NCBI RefSeq assembly: GCF_964204865.1
Contig: NC_135259.1
Span: 6,076,001 to 6,140,000 of the forward strand
Direction: 5' to 3'
DNA length: 64,000 nucleotides
Source of the DNA: Styela clava
Taxonomy: Eukaryota
Part shown: in pieces, positions 27,752 through 38,881 of the stretch
Layout of the letters: every line of letters starts with the position of its first letter
How positions within the stretch are numbered: position 1 is the stretch's first letter
Notes under the pieces: model-generated
Told to the model about the DNA's origin: nothing
Databases searched by the model: none
What the model saw: the letters and a program-made list of their open reading frames with translations, nothing else
Made by a program: the position numbers and the translations under genes

Positions 27752-29404
27752 TATATATAATCTATTAATTTGTTTTTTGTTAGAACCACTACTTGCAAAT
27801 GAACAGCAAAACCAAATTTATCAGCTAGTTTTTTTCTTCAGTCACACGCAAATTATTTTTTCTCTTAATAATGTCGTATTATATGTAAGTATGCCATTAT
27901 GCAATCATTCTCAATTTATTTGAAACTATAATGTCCTCTCTTGCCTAATGTATTCATTTTAAATGTCATACGCTAATGGTTGAAAGCTTGCACACCGGAA
28001 AACCCGATAGCGACGCAAAACCCAGATCGAGGCGACCCATATATATAGAGCAGAATGGGACAGACCCCCGGGTTGTGATGGACAAGTAAAACCTTCTCAA
28101 TAGCGACACCTCGCGCTCCTTCATCGTCTAGAGCGTTTTACGTGATATTGTGAACAATTCTTTGGCAATATTGTACATTTTATGGTCGACAGCTCTTGAC
28201 AGAGAGGTGTTTTTGGATAGAGTAGAGTGTCTTGTTTGACTTTAATATTATCATTCCTTAGCATTATGTTTTCTTTTACCTACAAATGGTACTGTCACTT
28301 CCATTTATGAAGTGGGCAGGATGGGTCCACATGATGTATAACCTAGCCCCATATTTTAAAGGTAAAAATCACGCGTAACTTCTGATTCTTTGTAATTATG
28401 CAAATTTTCCATTAAATTACTCGTTAATGGGTTTAACTTCCCCTGAACTTTCATAATTCATACAGGTTTTATGTTTCCTTTTCATTTAGTTCCAACGTCA
28501 TGGTTAGAGATAGATTATACCAAAAGAAATATTACAGGTTCAATGGTTTAATGTCAATTTCACTTTGTTGCAATGTACGCTCGCAAAAAGGAAAGTAGAC
28601 TGTACATGTGTGAATGTGTTAGTAAACGCGAGTTTAAAATTTGTTTGTATTTTATTTGGTGTGTATTCATAGGTGAAACCTACAACCTAGAAGTACGTTC
28701 TGAGGAACATTCTGTTAATTTGCGTCTATTCAAATCCAAAGTACCGTGCCCCATATTGAAATAATTAATTCAGCCAACTGATGGCTCCAATTTTATGTGT
28801 ATCTGAAGTCTCATTCAAAAGCATGCCGTGAATCTAATTTTGATTGTTTTCGAGCAAGTAATTTTGTCCTGCGCGCATTCGTTCTTGACCGTTTTTATTT
28901 TATTTTATGAAAGCAGGGCCCAGGGCAGGAGGTCTGATATTTTTAGATATTTCAAGAAGGCCCCTGAACAATATTTCTAATACACTTTAAAAACTCTTAC
29001 TCGCTTACTTATAAACATATACTATATTTCGAAATATAATAATATAAAATATATAATGGGAGGTGTTGATGATATCATTGGAAATTAGCGTTCCTAGATA
29101 ACGAAATTTCAATTCGGTACTTAAAATACAATGAACATAAACATATTGTATACGTAAACTGTGAAATTTCCACTGACTTGTGCACCGTGCAAAAAAAGTA
29201 AATAGTTAGATATTTTCTGTTTAACGTCACCAATAGTTCAAATAAAAAAACCATTTATATATAAAATTATGGGGTGTACTAGGGTATTGTGTATTAAACT
29301 TCAGGTTCTTTCTCCTTGTTTACTTTTTTATTCCGGATCCATATGTGGCTGTTGCCACACGGATGCGTAACTGAGATAGTATTATAAAGATAGATAAAAA
29401 TAAA

Positions 29405-29587
29405 ATAATCTCTTTCCACGAAATATCCAGTATATTTATGAGCTTTCGTTAGATCATATTCTAACTTCTTCAGATAAAACAAGCATTCGCTATTTGGTTA
29501 TACCCTATTTTGTTATATCTGAAGAAGTTAGATTATGATCTAACGAAAGCTCATAAATATACTTGATATTTCGTGGGAAGAGATTAT
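29405..29587. repeat. Long hairpin: 78-bp inverted repeat arms with a 27-nt loop
   Basis: 29405-29482 is the reverse complement of 29510-29587 with 4 mismatches. Confidence 0.9.
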
Positions 29588-29762
29588 GGATTTTTATATA
29601 GAATTACGTACATGTCTGTTTTATCAAAATACATTGTTCTACCACGCAGTATAAAAAGGGAAGCCATACAGCAAGAATTTTTCAACTGCCAATCAAGTTG
29701 AATAAAATGTTTACAAGATCTTTAACAATCAGTTCATAAGGATAGGTACAATTAGTCTTCAT

Positions 29763-30347
29763 TTATAAAATGGTGCATTTGCACCAACCGTTTGTATCCC
29801 AATTTTCTTCGTCCAATCTAGGCATTGTAATTTTTACCGGTTGATGCGAAGGAATAGAAACTGGAGTAAAATGTTTTGGCTGGCTTTTAGGTACTCTGAT
29901 ATCTCTGGTTGGCATAAAAAAAAATTCGTCAGACGGTCGGTGTGATTGAGACGTAGACAGCCAGTGCTCACGACAATGTGGAAGCGTCTGTTGGCCCCCG
30001 CGAAGAGTGACTTCTCGGCCATCATTTTGGGTTGTAAACTTCCATTCCTTCAATTCATTTTCACCCACAATATTCACTTCGATCTCCCCAATAACACCAT
30101 TATATTCCCCTACTCTAAACACGTAGAGTCGTCTGTTATTTAGACTGTAGTATTTCCCATCTCGCTTGAAAACATTGATAGTTGGAAAAGCACTGGGTCT
30201 CAACATACGCTTGCGAACCATTTCCGCTACAAAGTTGACTACATTTCTATCGCGAAAGTTGTACGCAATTGTGTCATGAATGAAGCGTATTTCAGAAGGG
30301 CGAAGATACTTTGTTTCAAACACACGATGCCTCTCTTGTCTACCCAT
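29763..30347 (-). CDS. Intronless ParB/sulfiredoxin-like domain protein with C-terminal CaaX (CKCTIL), copy 1, 194 aa
   Basis: ATG at 30347 (the ORF track starts at an upstream GTG). Motifs LRPSEIRF.HDTI and PTINVFKRDGKYYSLNNRRLYVFR resemble the ParB/Srx core (P-I-x-V...G-Y-x-x-D/N-G/N-x-R-R-L). The reading frame is conserved in the diverged paralog. Confidence 0.75.
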   Translation of the reverse strand: MGRQERHRVFETKYLRPSEIRFIHDTIAYNFRDRNVVNFVAEMVRKRMLRPSAFPTINVFKRDGKYYSLNNRRLYVFRVGEYNGVIGEIEVNIVGENELKEWKFTTQNDGREVTLRGGQQTLPHCREHWLSTSQSHRPSDEFFFMPTRDIRVPKSQPKHFTPVSIPSHQPVKITMPRLDEENWDTNGWCKCTIL

Positions 30348-31787
30348 TCTCACGAACGTTCTTAGTCAATTGCTCCTAACTGAGAATTTGCTATTCTCGT
30401 GTCTTTAACGTTAACTCTAATGTTCAACTTCCTCAATTGAATCATTCATCCATAACTCTATGTGATTGCTGTGCGTCATGAGCGTGAACCACTCGTTAAA
30501 TTATTGGATTTGAACTCGACTCACCTTGAGCTACGTTATCTCGTTGTTTCAAGTTTAATCACTATCTCTGAATCAGGTAGGGTAGACAAATATATATCCA
30601 GATATTACGGAAGCAATATCACGCTTAATAGTTGGCCCTAACTTTGTTGAGAACGCAGGGTAAAAATATCGCGTACAACTCCCAAGTCGTTGAAGAAAGC
30701 CGTAAAACGACATATAAACGGCTCTCACGCTTTCATAAGGAACAAATACAAGAAAAACAAATAGGTATAAAGCAACAATTTTCAGGCGACGGAAAATTGC
30801 AATCGAAACAAATAGTTTAAGCCTAAAAAGTTTTTAAGCTCTCTTACAGTTAAATTAGTAGTCGAATCAATTGACTAGTGTGCCTGGTCAAGCGAAAAAA
30901 AGTTCTATCGACTCCCATGCATTGATAAAAAAACGACTCCGCTCAAACTATGGATTTCAACTCCATCTTCCTTAACTTACTTAGGTATAATAAAATTGAC
31001 TATAAATTAATTTTGTCGAAATGAAACTTGCGTAGTTACGCATTCGCATCTTCTTTATCTTTTCATATCTCCGGTAAAAATTTCCACCTCGCACGCAACT
31101 TTTGTAATTTCGAATTCCGAATCACAATCCGGGGAGTTCCAAATTTCTTATCGGCGCTGCTATCCCGGATTTTTAAACTGAAACTGCTGTTCCTGCACCA
31201 ATATCAGAGTATAAACACTAATACCCAGCTCCACAATTCTAGTGATATGAGCTTGATATATATATATATATATCAAAGAAACATAATATATAAAACAAGT
31301 TACCAAGAAATAAACGCTGTAAGCATCATATTGTGCCTTATAGTAAACTTTTGTCCCGGTGTGATTAGTCACGTAAATAGACTATGATATCATTTATCTG
31401 GTCTACTAAACAAATCGTTTGTTTTTTCGATCCGCACGTGGACGAAAAAGAGTATACAGTACGTAAACTGTACAATTTTCACCACCTTCCGCATCGTGCA
31501 AATAGAGTAAATAGTTAGATATGTTCTGTTGATAGTCGTCAATGGTTCAAATAAAAATAACCTGTTTCACTGACACTTTATCGAGATCACATTATTAAAA
31601 ACAGTTGAATTTTAGTCCTATTCAAACAGAATTACGTACATGTTTGATCAAAATACATGGTTCTACCAAACACAGTATAAAAAGGGAAGCATTACCACAA
31701 TAATTTTTCAATTGTCAATCAAGTTGAACAAAGTGTTTGCAAAATCTTTAACAATAGTTTATAACGACAGGTACATTTAGTCTTAAT

Positions 31788-32363
31788 TCATAAAATGGTA
31801 CAGTTGCACCAATCATTTGTATTCCAATTTTTTTCGTCTAATTCAGGCATTTTAATATTTACCGATTGATGCAAAGGAATAGAAACTGGAGTACAATGTT
31901 TCGGCTGGCTAGTAGGTATTTTGTTATCTTTGGTTGGCAAAATAAATTCCTCATTAGACAATCGGTATGATCGAGACGTAGATAGCCAGTGCTCACGACA
32001 ATGTGGAAGCGTCTGTTCGCCTCCACGAAGAGTGACTTTTCGGCCATCATTTTGGGTTGTAAACATCCATTCTTTCAATTCATTTTCACCCACAATATTC
32101 ACTTCGATCTCGCCAATAACCCCACTATATTCTCCTACTCTGAACACGTAAAGTCGTCTGTTGTTCAGACTGTAGTATTTTCCATCTCGCTTGAAAACAT
32201 TGATAGTTGGAAAATCACTGGGATTCAAAATAAGTTTGCGTACCTTTTCAGCTACATCGTTGAGTACATTTCCATTGCGAAAGTAGTAAGCAATTGTGTC
32301 ATGAACAAAGCGTATTTCAGAAGGTCGAAGATATTTTGTTTCCAACACACCTTGTATACCCAT
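31788..32363 (-). CDS. Intronless ParB/sulfiredoxin-like domain protein with C-terminal CaaX (CNCTIL), copy 2, 191 aa
   Basis: Paralog of 29763-30347 (roughly 80% aa identity by eye). The core PTINVFKRDGKYYSLNNRRLYVFRVGEY is invariant and the terminal W-C-x-C-T-I-L is conserved. Confidence 0.75.
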   Translation of the reverse strand: MGIQGVLETKYLRPSEIRFVHDTIAYYFRNGNVLNDVAEKVRKLILNPSDFPTINVFKRDGKYYSLNNRRLYVFRVGEYSGVIGEIEVNIVGENELKEWMFTTQNDGRKVTLRGGEQTLPHCREHWLSTSRSYRLSNEEFILPTKDNKIPTSQPKHCTPVSIPLHQSVNIKMPELDEKNWNTNDWCNCTIL

Positions 32364-32435
32364 TCTAACAAACGTTCTTAGTCTATTGTTCTTAACTAAG
32401 AATGTGATATTTTTATGTATTCAATATTACGTGTT

Positions 32436-32488
32436 CACTTCCTCAATTGAGTCATTCCTCCATAACTCTATGCGATTGCTGTGCGTCA
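32436..32488 (-). promoter_or_regulatory. Putative proximal promoter motifs (ETS GAGGAAGT, AP-1 TGAGTCA, TGCGTCA) of ParB-like copy 2; equivalent block at 30427-30478 for copy 1
   Basis: Motifs lie 70-130 bp upstream of both ATGs and are retained in both duplicates. Function is inferred. Confidence 0.35.
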
Positions 32489-32790
32489 TGAGCGTGGCCC
32501 ACTCGTGGGAGTATTTGATTTGAACTCGACTCACCTTAAGCTACGTTTTCTCGTTCTTCCGAGTTTAATCCAGATATCAAGAAAGCGATATCACTCTCAA
32601 TAGTTGGCCCTAACTTTGTTGAGAACGCAGGTTGAAAATATCGGGTACAAATCCCAAGTCGTTGGTTGACAAAGCCCTGAAAACGACGTATAACGGGATT
32701 AATCACGCTTTAATGTCGAGAAAGGACAGCCCAAGACAAAAAAGAAATAGGCATAGAAGCAACAATTTATTTGGCAACTAAAATTTTTTT

Positions 32791-32900
32791 GGAGTTCCAG
32801 AAGTATGTGCACCAAGATGGCGCACAACCTAAACATAGTATATGTGTACCGGTTAGGGTTCAGGTTGTGAGACATCTTGGTGCTACACTACTGGAGCGCC
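32791..32900. mobile_element. Short palindromic MITE inserted upstream of ParB-like copy 2
   Basis: Same family as 25017-25126. The paralogous unit shows the empty site (ggaaaattgcaatcgaaac near 30791). Confidence 0.82.
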
Positions 32901-33999
32901 AAAATTTGCAATCGAAACAAATAGTTTAAATATAACAAGTTTTTAGTCTCTTTTGCTGTTGAATCAGTTGTCAAAAAACCCCAATCACCTAAAGGCTTAA
33001 AATTGGATACAACCATGGTCTGTCTGCGAATAAACTGCTCAAAAGTCTCTAATTGACTCTGTTACATTATTACTACTTACTTTAAACTGAAACTGCTGTT
33101 CTAATACCAATATCAGAGTATAAAGACTAAACTCCAACTACACAACTCTTGGGATATATGATATGATATATATATATATATATATACATCTCCTTTGTGC
33201 ATGTAAAAATCTCATCCTAATTATTTTCCTCAAATGAGAGAAGGCATAATATTGTGCCCTATTGAAAACTTTTGTCTCGGTTTGATTAGTCATCATAGAT
33301 AATAAATATATAAATAAAGATAATTGCACTGAGGTATTTTCACCTGCTCTATTAACAATTTGTTTGTTTTTCCGATCCGCACGTGGGCGACAGATAGTGT
33401 ATTTTTATATGAACGTTAAGTTTTGTTGTCGCAACACTGATTGAAATGATTGCATTTTGTTAAAAAGTTGGCGATAGTGACAAGTAAATACGTTGCTCCA
33501 GTAAGCATTTTTACACGATCATCTGACGCAATAGTGTGCTCGTGTAGGAAGCAGAATTTTATAAATTTGATTTGATTATGTTTATTTAGTTTATTGAAGA
33601 ATATAAATTAAGGTTAAATAAATTTTCTTTGCCACGAGGATCGTATTATATTGCGAGTGCCTGATTTGGTTTAAATACGTCTAATAAAGGACAACTAGGT
33701 TATTTAATACATTACAAGATTAATATTAGTAGTGATAAAAATAAAATAGTACAGTATTCTTACAAGAAATTTAATATGACAAAAATGTTTTCTCGTTCTA
33801 GTTTAGTTGAGTGAATGGGCTTGTTATGAACTCACGACGTTTCAGGGGCTCGGAAATGTTCATAAACTTCGATGTGATGTTTCCTAATATCGTTATTAAA
33901 CAAAACGAAAATATTTCATTTTTGTTGGACACGAATTGGATGTAAGGTTAGTTTCTGAATTCTTGTTGTTGTTAATCTTGTTGTAAAAGGGGTTTCATT

Positions 34000-34440
34000 A
34001 TCTTTGCACCGGTAAACTGCAATTAAAAAAAATTCATCTGCATACTTTTGCATCCACTTATTTTGCATCCGTACAATTGCCTCTCCATATTTCAGCAGTT
34101 GCATATAAATTGCACGCTCGGGTATTTGCACTCACATGCACCCCGCTGTTCCAACCAACCAAACGCCACCGTAACTTCAATGTACGATTTATGATTGTAC
34201 TATGTTTGTGTTCTTTCTTTGAAAGAAGAAAAAAAGAAATGGTGTTGGATTATAACTAGCAACGACTGTAAAAGGGTGCAAATATTCGCAGAGGCAAATG
34301 TTATGGATGAAATTGGAATGGGTTGCAAATGACCGCAGATGAAAAAGTCCATGACTGCAAATGTACGCAAATATACTGGTGAAAATGTCCTGGGTTAAGT
34401 GTACGAGTGCAATTGCACGTGGGTGCAAATGGGCTGTCAG
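34000..34440. repeat. Foldback-like element built of degenerate ~15-bp subrepeats in opposite orientation (ttgca(c/t)cc-type left arm, gggtgcaa-type right arm)
   Basis: Periodic ttgca motifs at 34005-34145 are mirrored by tgcaaa motifs at 34270-34435 around an AT-rich spacer. Confidence 0.5.
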
Positions 34441-37400
34441 TGAGATTGTCGATGTTGAGACAATATTGCTAGGGTACTTATAATGAAAAAACCGATAACA
34501 GAATATCACTTTTATTTTCTAATTATTTAGCAAAATTGGTGCTCTCGGGACTTACTGTACAAAAGTCGATGTGACTTTCGTGTTCATATATAAATTGGAG
34601 CAGTGCACTCTTGTATAATATTAATATAAACAATGTATTAATATATAATAAACAATATATTAACATATATATAACGACAAAATAATGCCTTGAACACTAG
34701 AAGGGAATAAATGAGTTAATGCAGAAATGCAGCACCATATTGCGCAAGAGCAAAAGAACTTTCCAGGAACCCTTGTAGCAGAACATCGTATTGCTTTTTT
34801 ATATTACCTAAAGAAACTCGGCATACTTTATGTGCATAGACCGTATTGCAAAGGCGCAACGCAATTAGCATGCCACGAGCGTGGTAAGTCATAGAAGTTC
34901 AAAATCGTGAGCATCGAAATACATCATATCTATTATTCGTTAGGATTAATCCATCTGTCGTCTAGTCGCAAAACACTATTGCGCAACCTTTCTAATTGAA
35001 ACCGCTTAATCAACAAAACAGCCAACATGCGCCGATTTGTTTTTGAGAATCGAGGGCATAGGAATGGGGCCGTACAAAATTCCTTATTAATCGCCTGCTA
35101 AAATCGGTGCTGATGTTTCTACATCTTTATTGATTTTAAAAAAATGAAATAAAACAAGTGAGCAATGCTCCAATAGGCTACATGATTAGGAAGGTCTAAC
35201 CGCGAAGTTCATGCGATCTACGCCGAAGTCTGTTATCTGATTATTGAATTGCTTTGAAGTAAAATGGAAAATCTAGTCTAGAAAACTGTTTTTTTCACAA
35301 AAATAGAAGCATAATTCAGCAAATCGACCTATAAGTCCATTTTGTGCCTAATAACTGTTTTTGTGCTCAAATATTTGGTACGTATTCAGCTTTCTGGTGA
35401 AAAGAATAATGAAAACGTGAAAAACAATGAGCTGTCCATTCTTCTTCACACATTGAATTACCCAGTATTTCAAAATTAAGAGTAATATCATTGCTTTATG
35501 TGGATATTCGGAAATTTTATAAATTTAAATAGAAAGGTTAATTCGGGGAAGATTTGGAACAGCTGACGACCTTATTTCCAGGATTTATAAAATAAACCGA
35601 ACTAAGCTTCGATCGCGAGAAATTATTTTTCGGCTAATAGACTTTTCCATGTCTATCACGAGCCTCGCACGATGTGATTGAGGTTAAGGGTAGAAATGAC
35701 ATGATCTTGCTTTTCCAGTTATGAACATTGTGTGCTATTTGTCTTGTTCTGTGGAAATGAAACGATCAAATGCACGTTTCTTCCGCGCAAATGGATATGC
35801 ATGTTGCAACAAATAGATAATATTGCAATGCTGCAATGCTAATATTGCAATTGCAATGCGTGAAAAGCTGCCTTTTGAGCATCCAAAAAATAAGATCCGG
35901 ATTCAAACTACCGGAAATTTATCTTATCCAGCAACATTTTATTACATCACTGATTGAACGTGTATGCCGCCATGCTATGTAGTTTTAGTACATTACTTCT
36001 TTCAAAAAATTCAATTCAATTATCCCTTATCCAATGTTTTGTTGCGATTGCAATAGTATAATTTCTCCACAATTTGCTGTATTATTTTGTGAATTGACTA
36101 TTGTGTGAATTCGTGGACCTATGTCGTAAGCCTGGATTTTGGATGTTTATCCCCACTGAACCAGCGTACTTCGCTTAAAATTAATTGCTTACGAATACTC
36201 GCGTGACCTCGCGAAAACGAGAGATTAGAACATTCAAGAAACACGTGATCCGCAGGCGACCATGAGAATGAGTAAGTGTGACATCATGTTAGATGTGGAA
36301 ACCCTAGAATAAAACGAGAGAGTCACGCGTCGAAGGCATGATGGGGTAAATTTAGGAAAATTACAGGGAAACGACCCAGAATTCTTCAATAACTGCTGTG
36401 AGCGTGTATGATTTGAGCAGTGCTTTTTTTCCTCAGATCTATTCAATGATAGTATAGTATTCAATAGTATAGTAGTCAATCTAGTATATAATATAATAAA
36501 TAATTTGTCCATAATAATGTATTATCATGTAACCTTATACCGATATTCTGTTACAAAATATTTCGAAGCAATGAAATATAAAAAATAGCAAAAGTCTGTT
36601 TATAAAATTATAACGTTATATGGAGCGACCTAGCAAATTCCGAACTTAATCCGATATTTATCTAACATTCTGAATATTCCTATATATTACTGAATCAGTT
36701 CTGAAAGTGTTTTATGGTGTGATATTGAAGCACATATACACGTTCATGTCGAATAGATAAAAAAAATAAATAAAAATGCACATAGCCACCCTCTGTATCG
36801 TTGTTATTGTAAAATAACCACTTGATACATTGTCGTTTTAAACGAGATTTATGGCATTCCAAAACATCATAGCTGGCGCCAAAAATGATAAAATTAACGA
36901 TTGGACTGACATTCACATTGAAATTTGGTGTAGGACGTGAATTTGAAATTATATTTATTCATTTCTGTGCAACAGAGAACTTGGGTGGGCTGCGTTGCCC
37001 GGATTGTCGTCGCTTGGAAATAATACAGCAGGTAGTCCTCAAAACATCTATAGCCTACATAGAAGAAGTGGGCGCTGACAAAGTTATTTCTACAAAAAAG
37101 ATTCAAATTATTTAATTAAACAAGGTCACAGGTGTTACACGATGTTTTCGGCTATTATTAAATCATGAACATTTAGTTGAGGACCATCGTAATGTTCATC
37201 AACCACATGAATTTCTACTTGAGTTCAATTTCAATTAGATGATTCAAAAAGTCAAATTGCATTGCACTTGTCTTGCAAATAAAGTGACTCTTGCAAGCAT
37301 TGTGAAAGAATGCTTGAACGATTATTGAATTTTCTAATTGGAAACTGATAAAGTGTCGCAGTGTTCATTATCGGGTTAGCAAGACTTGAATTAATTAAAA

Positions 37401-37794
37401 GGAGAAATTGTTGAATACAACTTTTCAATTGCTCATCTGTTAAATGCAACTCGCACTGATTTAAAAAAATTTGATTAGTTCATGTTTTTCGCATAAGACG
37501 TCTGATTATAATTCAACTTATAAGTAATAGACGTAGCATCGATATTCAATTCTATCAATTCATTTATCACGCACAATTATAGATTTTTAAATGAATTTTG
37601 AATTGACGTTTATTTTTATTTGTTTCTTGCCAAGTTGTCTTTTTAGATGAAGATTTATATCATATATTCCATACAGATCAGACATTACAGATGCCCCCAC
37701 GCTAGCCTTGGTCAGTCAGATATATAAATTTCGTTTGCACAATTGCAAGTTTGAACTCAACTTGTTTTGCTAAAAGAAAAATTACAAATGAAAT

Positions 37795-38881
37795 TTAATG
37801 TGACTCTTGTTTTGCATCACGATTGATAGCTTTTTGACATCAAGCGGCACTCGGGATGGGCATCGCTAATCCAAGTTCACAGCTTGTTCTTTGTAATGTT
37901 CATTTTCGAAAATAATTGTTCGCAAGCATGTAGTTCCAAACATCGATGTGAATTTTTTCTTATGGTTTGTCAAATTTGGATAGAGATTTCCTTCAAGAAA
38001 GCTTTTAATGAGAATCAAGCAGTGATAAATCTCTCGAATAGAATATGGATTTTATTTCCTCATTGCATTGCATCTCAAGAAGTTTCATTTGAATACTTTC
38101 TGCAACCTTATTATGTTGGCATCAAACGGAATACCAAATAGTCTGAATTCATTTTCAATGGAACGAACGTCAGCATCCTTTTGACCACGTTTAACATCCC
38201 CTGACATTTCTTTTATTCGCCAAGTTACGGTTCTAGCAGAAAGGCTGATATTGGAAAATAAATTTTCTCTTTAAGGGCATACTTGGCGACGACGGTTATC
38301 GAGCGATTTTTCACGAATTCGCCCTCGACAAGGGGCTTCATGTGTTACGCAATTTCAAAACTTTTTCGAAACTGGCAACAGTATTTTTCTCGTTTTGGTT
38401 GTATATTGCTTTAGAAAAAAAGAGCTTTGTTTTTCTACACCGACTTTGAATTGTTTAATCTTATTCTTCATCCTTTAGCAATCTATCCCCCCTTTGAATA
38501 GTTTTTCTAGGCCAATTTTGAAATCCTTCGTTTCATAATGACGTCTAATGTTCTATAACTTTTTGTCCAAGTGTTCTGTCCCATTGAACCCTCTGCACTT
38601 AGCATAAACTTTTCTGTGTTTTTGCCCTTTGTCTAATTATAATTAAATCGTAGGCTCATTAAACGAGTATCTGTTTACTAAATTGGTTGGTTATAATATA
38701 ATTTAGTCTACATGTGTCCCACAATAAAATCTGTTACGTCTAAAGAATATAATATTTTTCTAGAACGTAGATATTAAAAACGTTAAATTCGTCGTCAGAA
38801 CCGTTGTTTTGTCGCTGTATTTCAGTGAAGCGTCGCGGGCCGGATTATTTTACTCCGCGGGCCGTAGGTTGTCGACCCCTG
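37795..38881 (-). mobile_element. Decayed, internally deleted hAT (Charlie/Buster, GTF2IRD2/EPM2AIP1-like) transposon, copy 1
   Basis: Terminus caggggtcgacaacctacggcccgcgg (minus strand, from 38881). Frameshifted peptides resembling RRHYETK, EGEFVK, ISLSARTVTWRIKEMSGDV, LLEMQCNEEIK and SMFGTT.CEQLFSKMNITKNK. Confidence 0.7.

Larger units (their letters stand above)
29145..33400. repeat. Older tandem duplication (about 29145-31455 and 31455-33400), each unit carrying one ParB/Srx-like gene with its flanks
   Basis: Homologous blocks at both ends (tacgtaaactgt...gtaaatagttagatat at 29151/31460; gatccgcacgtgg at about 31430/33375), plus paralogous ORFs and upstream regions. Confidence 0.85.

Noticed and set aside
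30330-30347. N-terminal Met-Gly in both ParB-like proteins as a myristoylation signal
   Set aside because: Downstream residues (RQER / IQGV) lack the usual Ser/Thr at position 6 and are not conserved between copies.
29946-32381. Plus-strand and alternative-frame ORFs overlapping the ParB-like genes (for example 31989-32381)
   Set aside because: Antisense or frame shadows of the real minus-strand CDSs; their lengths are not preserved between paralogs.
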